From contig CAWEHK010000050.1 in assembly GCA_963808625.1 (NCBI GenBank), forward strand, positions 32,001 through 96,000: a stretch of DNA of 64,000 nt, given 5' to 3'. The position numbers and the translations under genes were made by a program. The notes beneath the pieces are model-generated. The model worked only from the letters and a program-made list of their open reading frames with translations, did no database searches and was not told the origin of the DNA. The stretch is from an uncultured delta proteobacterium (GTDB lineage: Bacteria > Desulfobacterota > Syntrophobacteria > Syntrophobacterales > Syntrophobacteraceae). Shown here piece by piece: positions 9,808 to 20,459 of the stretch (its first letter is position 1; each line of letters starts with the position of its first letter).

Positions 9808-11361
9808 TTACTGAGGAATGTTGCCGTGTTTCTTTGGCGGCAGGGCCTGGCGTTTCCCGGCAAGCATTTCAAAGCATTCAATCAGGATCTTGCGTGTTTC
9901 TGCCGGATAAATAACCCCGTCAATGTACCCGCGGGACGCCGCGATGTAGGGATTGTAGAGGTTCTTCTTGTAATTGTCCATGACCTCCTGGCGCTTGGCC
10001 TTGGGGTCGGGAGCATCGGCGATCTCTTTTCTGAAAATAACGTTGGCTGCGCCTTCCGCGCCCATAACCGCGATTTCTGCGGTCGGCCAGGCGAGGGAGA
10101 TGTCGGCGCCAAGGTCCTTGGAGCACATGGCCAGGTAGGACCCGCCATAATCCTTGCGGACCATCAGGGTGATCTTCGGCACGGTAGCTTCGGAATAGCA
10201 CCACAGCAGCTTGGCGCCGTGACGAATGATGCCGCCCCATTCCTGCTGGGTCCCCGGAAGATAGCCGGGAACATCGGGGATCGTCAGCATCGGGATGTTG
10301 AAGGCATCGCAGCAGCGGATGAAACGGGTCGCTTTGTCCGAGGAATCACAATCCAGGCAGCCGGCCATAACCTTGGGCTGGTTGGCAATGATGCCGATGC
10401 TGCGGCCATTCAACCGGGCATGGCCCACAATGATGTTCGTCGCGTAATGTTCGTGAATTTCGAAGAATTCGCCATCGTCCACGATCGCTCGAATGACATC
10501 CTTCATGTCATAAGCGCCCATGGGGTTCTCGGGAATGATGGCTTCCAGTTCCGGGCAGAGCCGGTTGGGATCGTCCGTCGGAGGCACATACGGAGGATCT
10601 TCCATGTTGTTGTCGGGATAATAGCTGAGCAATTTCTTGATCTGATCGATGGCGTCGGCATCACTTTCACAGGCGAAATGCGAAACACCGCTCTTGGCCG
10701 CATGGGCCATGGCGCCGCCGAGCTCTTCCTGGGTGATGACCTCACCAAGCACGGCCCTGATGACATCGGGACCGGTGATGAACATGTAGCTGGAAAGCTT
10801 AACCATGAAAATATAGTCAGTCATTGCCGGCGAATAGACCGCACCACCAGCGCAGGGACCCATGATCGCCGAAACCTGCGGAATGACACCCGAGGCAATG
10901 GCATTTCGGTAGAAGATCTGACCATACCCCGACAGGGAGTCGACTCCTTCCTGGATGCGCGCGCCGCCAGAGTCGTTGAAGCCAACGAACGGCTTCCCTG
11001 CCTTCAAAGCCATGTCCATGACCTTGGTGATTTTCTTGGCGTGCATCTCACCAAGGCTGCCGGCCCGTGCCGTGAAATCCTGTGCAAAGGCAAATACGTC
11101 ACGACCATTTACCTTACCAAAGCCGGTGATAACACCGTCTGCAGGAATCTCCACCTTATCGATGCCGAACAAGGTCCCTCTGTGCTTCACGAACATGTCT
11201 ATTTCACGGAAGGTACCAGGGTCAAAAAAGAGGTCCAGACGCGCCCGTGCAGTCATTTTTCCGCGTTCGAGCTGCGCGGCTACGGCCTTTGGCCCACCCA
11301 TTGCCTTCATCTTTGCTTCCCGCTCGCGCAGATCCTGAATCTTATCCGCAACTATTCCCAT
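9808..11361 (-). CDS. Acyl-CoA carboxylase beta / methylmalonyl-CoA carboxyltransferase 12S-type subunit
   Basis: DSGGARIQEG, GPCAGGAVYSPA, MFITGPDVI, GIIRHGAK, IAVMGAEGA, KKHGNIP. Confidence 0.92.
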   Translation of the reverse strand: MGIVADKIQDLREREAKMKAMGGPKAVAAQLERGKMTARARLDLFFDPGTFREIDMFVKHRGTLFGIDKVEIPADGVITGFGKVNGRDVFAFAQDFTARAGSLGEMHAKKITKVMDMALKAGKPFVGFNDSGGARIQEGVDSLSGYGQIFYRNAIASGVIPQVSAIMGPCAGGAVYSPAMTDYIFMVKLSSYMFITGPDVIRAVLGEVITQEELGGAMAHAAKSGVSHFACESDADAIDQIKKLLSYYPDNNMEDPPYVPPTDDPNRLCPELEAIIPENPMGAYDMKDVIRAIVDDGEFFEIHEHYATNIIVGHARLNGRSIGIIANQPKVMAGCLDCDSSDKATRFIRCCDAFNIPMLTIPDVPGYLPGTQQEWGGIIRHGAKLLWCYSEATVPKITLMVRKDYGGSYLAMCSKDLGADISLAWPTAEIAVMGAEGAANVIFRKEIADAPDPKAKRQEVMDNYKKNLYNPYIAASRGYIDGVIYPAETRKILIECFEMLAGKRQALPPKKHGNIPQ

Positions 11362-11431
11362 CTCCGCTTCTCCCTCCGTTCCAAGACTTTGATATATTGC
11401 TAGACGGCTTCCACTCTACTGAGTCCTGCCT

Positions 11432-11460
11432 ATTCTATAGGTTTAGCGAGACCTTGTCAA
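11432..11460 (-). promoter_or_regulatory. Sigma70 promoter of the carboxyltransferase gene
   Basis: TTGACA-N17-TAGAAT on the minus strand. Confidence 0.75.
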
Positions 11461-11544
11461 GCGGTTTCCCTCCCACTTTGTAAACTAAATCACAACCACC
11501 CTCAAAAAAATCGGGCCCGACTGCCTCCGTTTCAATGGCAAAAG

Positions 11545-11591
11545 GAAGTGATGGGTGATGAGTGGCCAGTGGGTGAGTGGGAAGTGATGGA
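11545..11591. repeat. Degenerate heptamer tract (GTGATGG-like)
   Basis: About six imperfect 7-mers. Confidence 0.6.
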
Positions 11592-11810
11592 TGTCGCCGC
11601 CTAAAGTGCAGTGGGACAAGCTTTGACAGAGGGTCAAGCCTTTAAGAACCTCGATTCCCGCCAAAAGCAATTGCGGAAATGCGATGCAGTGCTCATTGGG
11701 AAATACGACAAGGCCACTTACCTTGTGTTTTCGACACATTCTGAGCCCCCCTCTTCATTAGTGTCCCGGTGCTCCCGAGTGATTGGTCTGCATCACCATT
11801 GGCCTCTCAG

Positions 11811-12296
11811 CTAAGCCGCTACTTTGGCCCCTGCGAAAACGGCCTTCCTTTGGGTGCATAGGAAATATGGCTTCGCCCGGATCCCCTTCTCCCGCACCGC
11901 CTGCCACAGGGATCGGCTCTCATGGCGTTTTTCCGAATCATCCAGGAGGACAAAATGGACCACCTCCTCGTAGCGTTGCATGAACTCGAGCCCTGCGGGA
12001 CCTTCGCAGATGAGGACCGAAGCACCCTCCACGGTGAGTTCCCCCATGGTAATGATCACCGGCTCGACGGCAGCGCCTGCTTGGTTCGCCGGACAGATAC
12101 GGTGGGGGATGAAGCTCGCCTGGGCAAAGGTCCACAGGAGGTGATCCAGACGCTGGGCCGCCAGGGCTGAACCGGCAAGAATCTGGACCCTCCGGCCCTG
12201 TTCATAGAAGTGTTCCGTCCACTGACACACGGCAAGCGGCTGTTCTTCGGTCTTCGTTTCGATAAAGTGAATGATGGATGATGGTTGATGAGTCAT
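11811..12296 (-). CDS. holC: DNA polymerase III chi subunit
   Basis: AQRLDHLLWTFAQASFIPH motif; same strand as, and just downstream of, dnaE. Confidence 0.8.
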   Translation of the reverse strand: MTHQPSSIIHFIETKTEEQPLAVCQWTEHFYEQGRRVQILAGSALAAQRLDHLLWTFAQASFIPHRICPANQAGAAVEPVIITMGELTVEGASVLICEGPAGLEFMQRYEEVVHFVLLDDSEKRHESRSLWQAVREKGIRAKPYFLCTQRKAVFAGAKVAA

Positions 12297-12390
12297 GGCT
12301 ATGGTTGATAGTTGATGGTTGATGGTTGATGGTTGACTGGTTGATGGGTCTGGTTGATGGTTGATGGTTGATGGTTGATGGTTGATGGTT
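12272..12390. repeat. Heptamer tandem tract (GGTTGAT)n
   Basis: About 15 imperfect units; reverse complement of the tract at 12997-13055. Confidence 0.92.
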
Positions 12391-12408
12391 CGGTCTCGCA
12401 GGTCGCGT

Positions 12409-12753
12409 TCAGCAGGTCAGGTGAAACGCGCCGGCGACTCTCGCGTCACTGTTGCTCAGGCGGTTGAATGTTGCCACCGCTTGCGCTGTGGGCCCTTCGA
12501 TTAACTGGATATGAGCACCAGCCAGGACCGCGCGGAGGGAATCCGACACCTGCATGCGGCCGGGGTCTCCGCGACCAACCACCAGGGCCTCAGGCCTGGC
12601 GGCCAGGATGTCGTCCACGTCCTCCACATCCACAACATGGCCCTCTTTCCGCCACCAGGAAGGGACCACCCTCCCCTCCACGATCTTGAGATCGCTGTGA
12701 TGTTCCCTCTCCCCAATCGTCATGATGCCAAATTGATATCTTTTGATCAACAT
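12409..12753 (-). CDS. Mth938-like (DUF498/DUF598) protein
   Basis: YQFG.MTI, WWRKEGH, LVVGRG..GRM, T.QAV.TFN, AGAFHLTC C-terminus. Confidence 0.85.
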   Translation of the reverse strand: MLIKRYQFGIMTIGEREHHSDLKIVEGRVVPSWWRKEGHVVDVEDVDDILAARPEALVVGRGDPGRMQVSDSLRAVLAGAHIQLIEGPTAQAVATFNRLSNSDARVAGAFHLTC

Positions 12754-12996
12754 TGCCAAGACCCTCTCAAAAAGTGCAGGCGTCAGTTTTTCGGAGCTTT
12801 GTCATTTTATTTCACATTCTTTACTCGTTTGGCCTGCGAGCCCCCATTTTGGCAGACTCAGGGATTCACCGCAGAGCACGCCGAGATCGCAGAGGAATCC
12901 CCTCATTCCAGCGCGAAATCTCGCTCTGCACTCTGCGCTCTCCGGGGTGAAAGAAGGACCTTCGCACCCGTAACGAGTATAACACACCCCTCACAC

Positions 12997-13055
12997 CCAT
13001 CAACCATCAACCATCAACCATCAACCATCAACTATCAACCATCAACCATCAACCA
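12997..13055. repeat. Heptamer tandem tract (CCATCAA)n
   Basis: About eight units overlapping the dnaE stop codon. Confidence 0.92.
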
Positions 13056-16000
13056 CTCTTATAGGATGCCTCGACGCAGTTCATGCCGAAATGCTCGGTC
13101 ATCTCCTCGAAGAAGGACCGGCTCGGTTTTATCTGGAGTTTGGAGCTCAGCGCAATGACCGCTTCCCCCTTGCCCCCGACCGTCAGGTGCAGAAAGGCCC
13201 TGCAATCACCTGGATGATTCAGGAGCAAGTGGCGCAGCCGGGTCAGACCATCCCGGTCCAAACGGTCGGTCTGCAAATGGATGCGGACCGCATCCACGGT
13301 CTGAACCTGGGCTTCGTCCAGGGTCATGATCCGTTCGGCGAGAATTTTGCTCCCCTTCTCGTCGTGCTGCACTTTGCCGATGACCACCAGGGGCTCCTCG
13401 CCCGCCAGGAGTGGTTGGGCATGGATAAAGGTGTCCGCAAAGGAGACGACCTCCAGGATCCCTTCTTTGTCTTCAAGAGTCAGAAAGGCCATGCGATCAC
13501 CCTTCCTGGTGGTCAGTTCTTTGATGATACTGAGCATCCCGCAAAGCGTCGCTTCGCTGCCTTCTCTCTTTTCTTTCACCGACTGGGTATCGGCGGAACA
13601 GATGGCAGCCACCTGATCGGCATAGAAGTCCAGGGGGTGGCCGGAGATATAAAATCCGAGCGTCTCTTTTTCATACTGGATGGTGGTTCGAGCATCCCAG
13701 TCAGGCGCGTCGGGAAGTTCCGGCTGCGGGGTCGCCTTCTTCTGGGACTTCAGGAGTGCAAAGATATTCATCTGCCCCGATTGCCGATCGCGCTGCATGA
13801 TCTGGGCGGCGTCCAGGGCCTTGTCCAGGGCCGCCAGGACCGGGGCCCGCGAGGGATGAACGGAGTCAAACGCACCGCACTTGACGAGCTGCTCCAGGAC
13901 GCGCCGGTTGACGCGCTGGGTATCGACCCGCTGGCAGAATTCGTGGATGGAGCGGAACGGACCCTCTTCGTCGCGGCTCTTGAGGATTGCCTCAACAGCC
14001 GTTTCACCGACGTTTTTGACCGCTGCCAGACCAAAACGGATGCTGCCGCCCACCACGGCAAAGTCCCGGTCGCTGGCATTTACATCCGGGGGCAGGATGG
14101 GGATCGCCTTCTCCCGGCATTCGTTGATCAGCCTTACCACCTGGTCGGAGTTGCTGAGAAAGCTGTTGAGCAGCGCCGCCATGAACTCGACCGGGAAGTG
14201 GGCCTTGAGGTAAGCCGTCTGATAGGCGATAAGGGCATAAGCCGCACTGTGCGACTTGTTGAAACCGTACCCGGCAAATTTCTCCATGAGGTCGAAAATA
14301 TGGTTCGCTTTGGCAACGGCTATGCGATTCTCCTTGGCACCATCGAGGAACCGGTCCCGCTGCGCTTTCATCTGTGCCGGATCTTTCTTTCCCATGGCCC
14401 GGCGCAGAATATCCGCCTCTCCCAGGGTGTAGTTGGCGAGCACGCTGGCGATCTGCATGACCTGCTCCTGGTAGAGAATCACCCCGTAGGTCGGCTTCAG
14501 GATCGGCAACAACTGGTCGAGATCGTAGGCCACCTCGATCTGGCCATTTTTCCTCTGGATGTAGTTTTCCACCATGCCGCTTTCGATGGGACCCGGGCGG
14601 TAGAGGGCCAGCAAAGCGACGATGTCCGCGAAGTTTTCCGGGTGCGAACGCACCAGGATATCTCTCATCCCCGAGCTTTCCAGTTGGAATACCCCCGTCG
14701 TATCGGCGCGGCTGAGGAGCGCGTAAGTGTCCGGATCGTCAAGGGGCAGCTCGTCGATCTCGAGAGCCACGCCGTGGTTCTTGCGAATGAGTGCTGCGGC
14801 ATTATTGATGACGGTGAGATTTCTCAGTCCCAGGAAATCGAACTTGATCAGGCCGGCCTTCTCCACGTACTTCATGGGATACTGGGTGACGACTTCGCCG
14901 GCCTGCCCGCGATAGAGCGGCATGTATTCCACAATCGGCTTATCCCCGATGACCACTCCCGCAGCATGCGTGGAGGCATGGCGGGTCAGCCCCTCGAGGG
15001 CCAGGGCAATTTCGAAAAGCTCCTTCACCTGGGGATCGGCCTCCTGCTGCTCCAGCAGGCGCGGTTCCTGGTCGAAGGCTTTTTGCAGGGTCATTCCCAG
15101 CGAAGGGGGGATGAGCTTGGCGATCCGGTCCACATCGTTGTAGGGCAGAGCGAGGGCGCGCCCGACATCGCGGATCACGGCCCGCGCCTGCATGGTGCCA
15201 AAGGTGGTGATTTGTGCCACCCGGTCTTTTCCGTACTTTTCGCTCACGTATCGGAGAACTTCATCGCGGCCGTTGACGCAGAAGTCGACATCGATATCCG
15301 GCAGGCTGATCCGTTCCACGTTGAGAAAACGCTCGAAAATGAGACCATGTTCGATGGGATCAAGGTCCGTTATGCCCATGACGTAGGCCACCAGGCTGCC
15401 GGCTGCGGAACCGCGCCCGGGACCCACGGGAATGCCGCGATTTTTGGCATAATTGATGAAATCGGCCACAATCAGAAAATAGGCCGAAAACCCCATCTTG
15501 CGGATGACATCCAGCTCATAGCGGAGCCTTTTCCGGTATTCGTCTTCCTCGCCTGCCCCAAATTCCGGACGCTTCCTGCGAATCGTCGCCATGCGCTGCT
15601 CGAAACCTTCCCGCACGGTGCGTTCAAAACACGCCTCGACGCTTTCTTCGGGCGCCAGTGGAAACACGGGAAAGTGGTGGGTCTTCAGATCAATTTCCAG
15701 GTTGCACTGCTCGGCAATGGCCACCGTATTCTGCAGCGCTTCGGGGACATGCGCAAACTCGCGGAACATCTCGTCGGGGGACTTGAAATACAACTGGTCC
15801 GTATGGAACTTCATCCGCTTTTCATCGAGGACCGTCTTGCCGGTCTGGATGCAGAGCAGGATCTCGTGGGCGCGCGCATCGCCTTTGCGCAGGTAGTGGC
15901 AATCGTTGGTGGCAACAAGGGGCAGGTTGAGTTCGCGCCCGAGCTTGATCAGCGCCTGGTTGACAAGGGCCTGCTGCGGAAGGCCGTTGGCCTGAAGCTC

Positions 16001-16540
16001 CAGGTAGAACCCGTCCGCCCCGAAGATGTCGCGGTATTCGAGGGCTACCTTCCTCGCCGCCGGTTCCTGATTGCGCAGAAGGAGGGTCGCGATTTCCCCC
16101 TTGAGGCAGGCGGAGAGCCCGATCAGCCCTTCATGGTAGCGCCGCAGGAGGTCCTTGTCGATCCTTGGTTTGTAATAAAAGCCCTCGAGATAGGAGAACG
16201 TCACCAGCTGCATGAGATTTTTATACCCGGTATGATCTTTTGCCAGCAGCAGCAGATGGTAGTTTCGATCTTCCTCGCCATTCCCGCCGCTCTCAACTTT
16301 CCCGTGACGATCAAAACGGCTCTTCGGGGCCAGGTATACTTCGCAGCCGATGATGGGCTTGATGTCGGACTTTTTGCACAGCTCAAAGAATTCGAGCGCG
16401 CCGAACATGCTGCCATGGTCCGTGATGCTGACCGCAGGCATATTGAAGCTGCGGGCGGTCTTCAGGAGGTCCTGCAGGCGGATGGCGCCATCCAGCAGAC
16501 TGAACTCGGTGTGAACGTGCAAATGAACGAAAGGATTCAT
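13049..16540 (-). CDS. dnaE: DNA polymerase III alpha subunit
   Basis: FVHLHVHTEFSLLDG (PHP), GPGRGSAAGS, PDIDVDF, STHAAGVV, KFDFLGL, YGFNKSH, C-terminal OB fold. Confidence 0.98.
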   Translation of the reverse strand: MNPFVHLHVHTEFSLLDGAIRLQDLLKTARSFNMPAVSITDHGSMFGALEFFELCKKSDIKPIIGCEVYLAPKSRFDRHGKVESGGNGEEDRNYHLLLLAKDHTGYKNLMQLVTFSYLEGFYYKPRIDKDLLRRYHEGLIGLSACLKGEIATLLLRNQEPAARKVALEYRDIFGADGFYLELQANGLPQQALVNQALIKLGRELNLPLVATNDCHYLRKGDARAHEILLCIQTGKTVLDEKRMKFHTDQLYFKSPDEMFREFAHVPEALQNTVAIAEQCNLEIDLKTHHFPVFPLAPEESVEACFERTVREGFEQRMATIRRKRPEFGAGEEDEYRKRLRYELDVIRKMGFSAYFLIVADFINYAKNRGIPVGPGRGSAAGSLVAYVMGITDLDPIEHGLIFERFLNVERISLPDIDVDFCVNGRDEVLRYVSEKYGKDRVAQITTFGTMQARAVIRDVGRALALPYNDVDRIAKLIPPSLGMTLQKAFDQEPRLLEQQEADPQVKELFEIALALEGLTRHASTHAAGVVIGDKPIVEYMPLYRGQAGEVVTQYPMKYVEKAGLIKFDFLGLRNLTVINNAAALIRKNHGVALEIDELPLDDPDTYALLSRADTTGVFQLESSGMRDILVRSHPENFADIVALLALYRPGPIESGMVENYIQRKNGQIEVAYDLDQLLPILKPTYGVILYQEQVMQIASVLANYTLGEADILRRAMGKKDPAQMKAQRDRFLDGAKENRIAVAKANHIFDLMEKFAGYGFNKSHSAAYALIAYQTAYLKAHFPVEFMAALLNSFLSNSDQVVRLINECREKAIPILPPDVNASDRDFAVVGGSIRFGLAAVKNVGETAVEAILKSRDEEGPFRSIHEFCQRVDTQRVNRRVLEQLVKCGAFDSVHPSRAPVLAALDKALDAAQIMQRDRQSGQMNIFALLKSQKKATPQPELPDAPDWDARTTIQYEKETLGFYISGHPLDFYADQVAAICSADTQSVKEKREGSEATLCGMLSIIKELTTRKGDRMAFLTLEDKEGILEVVSFADTFIHAQPLLAGEEPLVVIGKVQHDEKGSKILAERIMTLDEAQVQTVDAVRIHLQTDRLDRDGLTRLRHLLLNHPGDCRAFLHLTVGGKGEAVIALSSKLQIKPSRSFFEEMTEHFGMNCVEASYKSG

Positions 16541-16849
16541 TATGCTCTGTGCCCTCTTTCGTGATTTTCGCGTGTTTCGTGGTTAATAAAGGAAACTTCC
16601 TGCCCTGTCCGGCCATGTTCCGGCACTCGACAAAATCCAGTCTATCACAACAGGGGAGGCTTTGCAGCCTATGAGTGTGATTCGCACCATTCAGCCGCCA
16701 TAACTTCCCTTCATGAGACGATTCTAATCCAGGCTTAATGTTCCTTTAACCTGTACTGTTTACCTTTCACCTCAAGCAACGGGAAGAGTGCTTCGCGTTT
16801 GCGGTGAGTCATTCAAGAATCGCTTCGATAAGAAACAGGAGGAAAATGA

Positions 16850-18319
16850 ATGTTAGCGAAAGTCAGGAACCACTTGAACAACAACCGCCCGGCCGTCAAT
16901 ACGGCTAAGATTGTAGCTCTGACATGGCTCTTGACCGGTCTTTTGTTCTCACCATGGCCCGTCAAGACAGTTTCTGCAGCTCCTGACAACCCCGCTGTTG
17001 TCTCCCCGGGCGTCACCGGGCAAGCGCCGCTGGCCAGTCCTTTCACACCCCTGGTACAGAAACTGGCGCCCTCGGTCGTGAACGTCAAGGTGAGCAAGGT
17101 GGAAAAGGCCGGTTTTCCCCTGCCGCAGATGCCCGGGGGCCCTTTCGGGGAATTCTTCAATCATCCCCAGCGTCCCCAGGACCGACCGGTTCAGGGCGCG
17201 GGATCGGGAGTGATCATCTCCGATGACGGCACCATCCTTACCAACAACCACGTGGTGGAAGGGGCCAAAGAGGTACAGGTCATCCTCGCCGACAAGCGCG
17301 AGATCAAGGCGAAAGTCGTCGGCCGCGACCCCAAAACCGACCTTGCCGTGCTGAAGATCGATGCCGGTAAAAACCTTGCTCCGGCAACCATGGGCGACTC
17401 GTCGCAATTGCAGGTTGGTGACTGGGTGATCGCCATTGGTAATCCCTTTGGTCTGAGCCATACCGTTACCTCGGGCATCGTGAGCGCCAAGGGCAGGGTG
17501 ATCGGTGCCGGACCTTACGATGATTTCATCCAGACCGATGCCTCCATCAACCCGGGCAACTCGGGCGGCCCGCTCTTCAACATGAAAGGCGAAGTCGTCG
17601 GGATCAATACCGCGATTATCCCCAACGGCCAGGGGATCGGCTTTGCCATCCCGATCAACACTGCCAGACCTCTCATCCCGCAACTGGTGTCGACCGGCGA
17701 AGTAACCCGCGGCTACCTCGGTGTCGGCATCCAGTCCCTCAGCCCGGACCTGATTGCAGCCCTCAAGCTGGAGAACGAGAAGGGGGCCCTGGTTGCTGAT
17801 GTAGTGTCGGGAGGACCGGCCGACAAGGCGGGAATCAAGCGGGGTGACGTGATCGTATCCTTCGACGGGAAAGCGATCCAGGACAGCCATGATCTGCCGG
17901 CCGTGGTGGCTGCAACCCCGGTCGGGAAAGAGGTGACCGTTGGCATCGTGCGGGAGGGCAAAGAGCGCCAGGTGAGCGCGAAATTGGCGAAGCTGGAATC
18001 CGATGAAACGGCATCCGAGGAGACCAGGCAGCCGGCCCAGGGAAAGTGGGGCTTGCAGCTTCACGATCTGACCCCGCAGGTCGCCAGGCAGCTTGGGATC
18101 AAAGCTGACCGCGGCGTCGTGGTTGTCGGGGTGCAGCCGGGAAGTCCCGCCGACCAGGCAGCCATTCAGCAGGGAGACATCATTGTCGAGGTCAACCGCC
18201 AGGCGGTGGAATCGGTAAAAGAGGTCAAGGAGAACGTTGCCAAGGCCGGTGACGCCGATTCGCTGGTGCTCCTGGTGAAGGGCGAGCAGGGCAGCCGGTA
18301 CGTGGTTCTGAAGGGATAG
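16850..18319 (+). CDS. Do/DegP (HtrA) family serine protease with two PDZ domains
   Basis: GSGVII, TNNHVV, DLAVLK, QTDASINPGNSGGPL, signal peptide, two PDZ domains. Confidence 0.95.
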   Translation: MLAKVRNHLNNNRPAVNTAKIVALTWLLTGLLFSPWPVKTVSAAPDNPAVVSPGVTGQAPLASPFTPLVQKLAPSVVNVKVSKVEKAGFPLPQMPGGPFGEFFNHPQRPQDRPVQGAGSGVIISDDGTILTNNHVVEGAKEVQVILADKREIKAKVVGRDPKTDLAVLKIDAGKNLAPATMGDSSQLQVGDWVIAIGNPFGLSHTVTSGIVSAKGRVIGAGPYDDFIQTDASINPGNSGGPLFNMKGEVVGINTAIIPNGQGIGFAIPINTARPLIPQLVSTGEVTRGYLGVGIQSLSPDLIAALKLENEKGALVADVVSGGPADKAGIKRGDVIVSFDGKAIQDSHDLPAVVAATPVGKEVTVGIVREGKERQVSAKLAKLESDETASEETRQPAQGKWGLQLHDLTPQVARQLGIKADRGVVVVGVQPGSPADQAAIQQGDIIVEVNRQAVESVKEVKENVAKAGDADSLVLLVKGEQGSRYVVLKG

Positions 18320-18341
18320 TTCGGAACTTGCCCGGAAGCCT

Positions 18342-18374
18342 CAGAAGGATGGCTGACCCCCGGCCATCCTTCTG
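18342..18374 (+). terminator. Hairpin after the protease gene
   Basis: CAGAAGGATGGCTG...CGGCCATCCTTCTG followed by a pyrimidine run. Confidence 0.55.
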
Positions 18375-18502
18375 TCCCTCTTCCTTTGGTCGTGTTTGCA
18401 CGCGGGGTCGAATTAGGTCTTGATCCTCCGAAAGCATGGCATCGAGCCTGATATCGGCGAAGGTATACGATAAAATGACGAACCTAACCGTGAAGGTGAA
18501 TC

Positions 18503-20176
18503 ATGGCTGACAATTCCTCCTCCCCAGCAGTGGGAATGAAGATCCGTTATCCTCTCGCGAGACTCTTCGCCTGGTTTGATGCTCGGGTAATCGCCTTGGT
18601 CCGCGAAATGCGCGTTTCGTATCTACCCCCGCTAATGATTTACATGGCGGCGGGCATCTCCGGCCTGACCGGCATTGTTGGGACTTTTTTCGTCAAGGAC
18701 TATCTTGGGCTGTCAGCGGAGTTCCTCGCCACGCTCGGCTTTTGGGCCGGCATCCCGTGGACACTCAAGATGCCCCTGGGACACCTGGTTGACCTTCTTT
18801 GGAAGTGGAAATCATGGCTGGTGGTCGTGGGGGCGACCTTGCTCGGGACCAGCTTCGCCATCATGTTGGGACTGATCGCTCATGCCCCCCTCATGAGCGA
18901 ATATATGAGCGTCGAAGGATGGTTTGTTGTAGGCATCCTTGTTGCTCCCCTCGGCTATGTCATCCAGGATGTGGTGGCCGATGCCATGACGGTGGAAGCC
19001 GTTCCCCTCGTCGATGACGAAGGTCGTTCCTATGATCCCCAGGCCGTAAAACTCATGCATACGACCATGCAGACCCTCGGGCGGGTCGCCGCTGTCGGCG
19101 GCGGCATCCTGGTCTCCCTGGTGAACGTCTGGATGTTCGATGGGGTGACCGCCATGTCGGCGGCCGAAAAGGTCCATGTTTATAGTAATATTTACCAAAT
19201 GGCGATGGCCATCCCGGTGATCTCGGTGCTCGGGGTTGTCGCTGCGTGGATGCTCAAGAGGCTTCGCGCGAGAAAACTTCGCCGCCTGGGTTTTAACGCA
19301 GAGTACGTCAGGCGAGTCCTCGATCCGCATGGTGAGAACACGCAGGCAAACTGGTGGCTCCTCGGCGGAAGCGTCGTTTTTGTCGCTTTCACCCTGCTGA
19401 TGGGTCTCAATCAGATTCCTTTCGACCAGGAAATCATTTTTGGCGGTTCTTTAGCCATCGTGCTTTTCCTTATGGCAAGGTTGCTGAAAGCATTGGACCC
19501 GACCGCTCGCCGCGCCCTCATTGGGACCGCCGTCATCATTTTCATCTTTCGTGCCCTGCCCGGTCCCGGGGCAGGCGCCTCCTGGTGGCAAATCGACGAG
19601 CTCCACTTTGACGAGCAGTTCCTCTCCAAGCTTTCCCTCATCAGCGGGGGCTTTGCTCTTTTTGGCATGTTCGTCTTTCGCCGATTCATGGCCGAGAAGT
19701 CCATTGCCTACGTGGTCGGTTTTCTCACCATCGTCGGCACCCTCCTGAGTCTCCCGATCATTGGCCTCTATTATGGTCTGCACACCTGGACGTCAGCCTT
19801 GACCGGCGGTATGGTGGATGCACGATTCATCGCCATGATTGACACGGCGCTGGAGTCGCCTCTGGGTCAAGTGGCCATGATCCCCATGCTTGCCTGGATC
19901 GCGCAGAGCGCTCCAACACACCTGAAGGCAACCTATTTTGCGGTCATGGCTTCCTTCACCAACCTGGCCCTGTCACTCAGCACACTTGCCACGAAGTACT
20001 TGAATCACTTCTATGTGATAACCCGGCAGGTCGTCGATCCGCTTACCGGTATCATGAAAACTCCTTCCGATTACAACCAGTTGGGGACGCTGCTCATCAT
20101 GGTCACGGTTATCGGATTGCTGCTGCCGATGCTCACCATCTTCATCATTCAAAAGTCGCCATTACGCAGTAAGTGA
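18503..20176 (+). CDS. BT1 / folate-biopterin-like MFS transporter
   Basis: About 12 TM segments; PWTLK.PLGHLVD, QDVVADAM.VE and ATYFAVMASFTN motifs. Confidence 0.75.
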   Translation: MADNSSSPAVGMKIRYPLARLFAWFDARVIALVREMRVSYLPPLMIYMAAGISGLTGIVGTFFVKDYLGLSAEFLATLGFWAGIPWTLKMPLGHLVDLLWKWKSWLVVVGATLLGTSFAIMLGLIAHAPLMSEYMSVEGWFVVGILVAPLGYVIQDVVADAMTVEAVPLVDDEGRSYDPQAVKLMHTTMQTLGRVAAVGGGILVSLVNVWMFDGVTAMSAAEKVHVYSNIYQMAMAIPVISVLGVVAAWMLKRLRARKLRRLGFNAEYVRRVLDPHGENTQANWWLLGGSVVFVAFTLLMGLNQIPFDQEIIFGGSLAIVLFLMARLLKALDPTARRALIGTAVIIFIFRALPGPGAGASWWQIDELHFDEQFLSKLSLISGGFALFGMFVFRRFMAEKSIAYVVGFLTIVGTLLSLPIIGLYYGLHTWTSALTGGMVDARFIAMIDTALESPLGQVAMIPMLAWIAQSAPTHLKATYFAVMASFTNLALSLSTLATKYLNHFYVITRQVVDPLTGIMKTPSDYNQLGTLLIMVTVIGLLLPMLTIFIIQKSPLRSK

Positions 20177-20459
20177 CGCACGTGAGGAATCTTAGGCCCT
20201 CAGAGGAAGAGGTCGTGCGTCGGTGATAGGTTCATGTGCTGATTTGGTTACCAGCAGGAAGCTCCAGACCTGGGAAGTTGCCCGCAAACTCCCTCTCCTT
20301 AGCTCCTTTTTCCTCCTTTTCGATCCACGGCGTACCCGTGCATGATCGCTTGGTTCATCACGATGAAGAGGCCGAATGTAGTGGCCGGTCCGGCCAGCGG
20401 GCAGAAACTCACCGGGCCGCAGGCTCCGATGCAGTTTTTGGTTCGGTGGTGGATCGGGG

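Noticed and set aside
11485..11814. Short ORFs between the carboxyltransferase gene and holC
   Set aside because: Overlapping candidates on both strands, one running through a repeat tract; none recognisable.
13091..16564. Very long antisense ORFs (1157 aa here; also 111-1616, 5620-7509, 9826-11403, 24564-27188, 59315-60595, 61677-62954)
   Set aside because: They mirror well-supported genes on the other strand and carry no recognisable motifs; such shadow ORFs are expected from high-GC codon bias.
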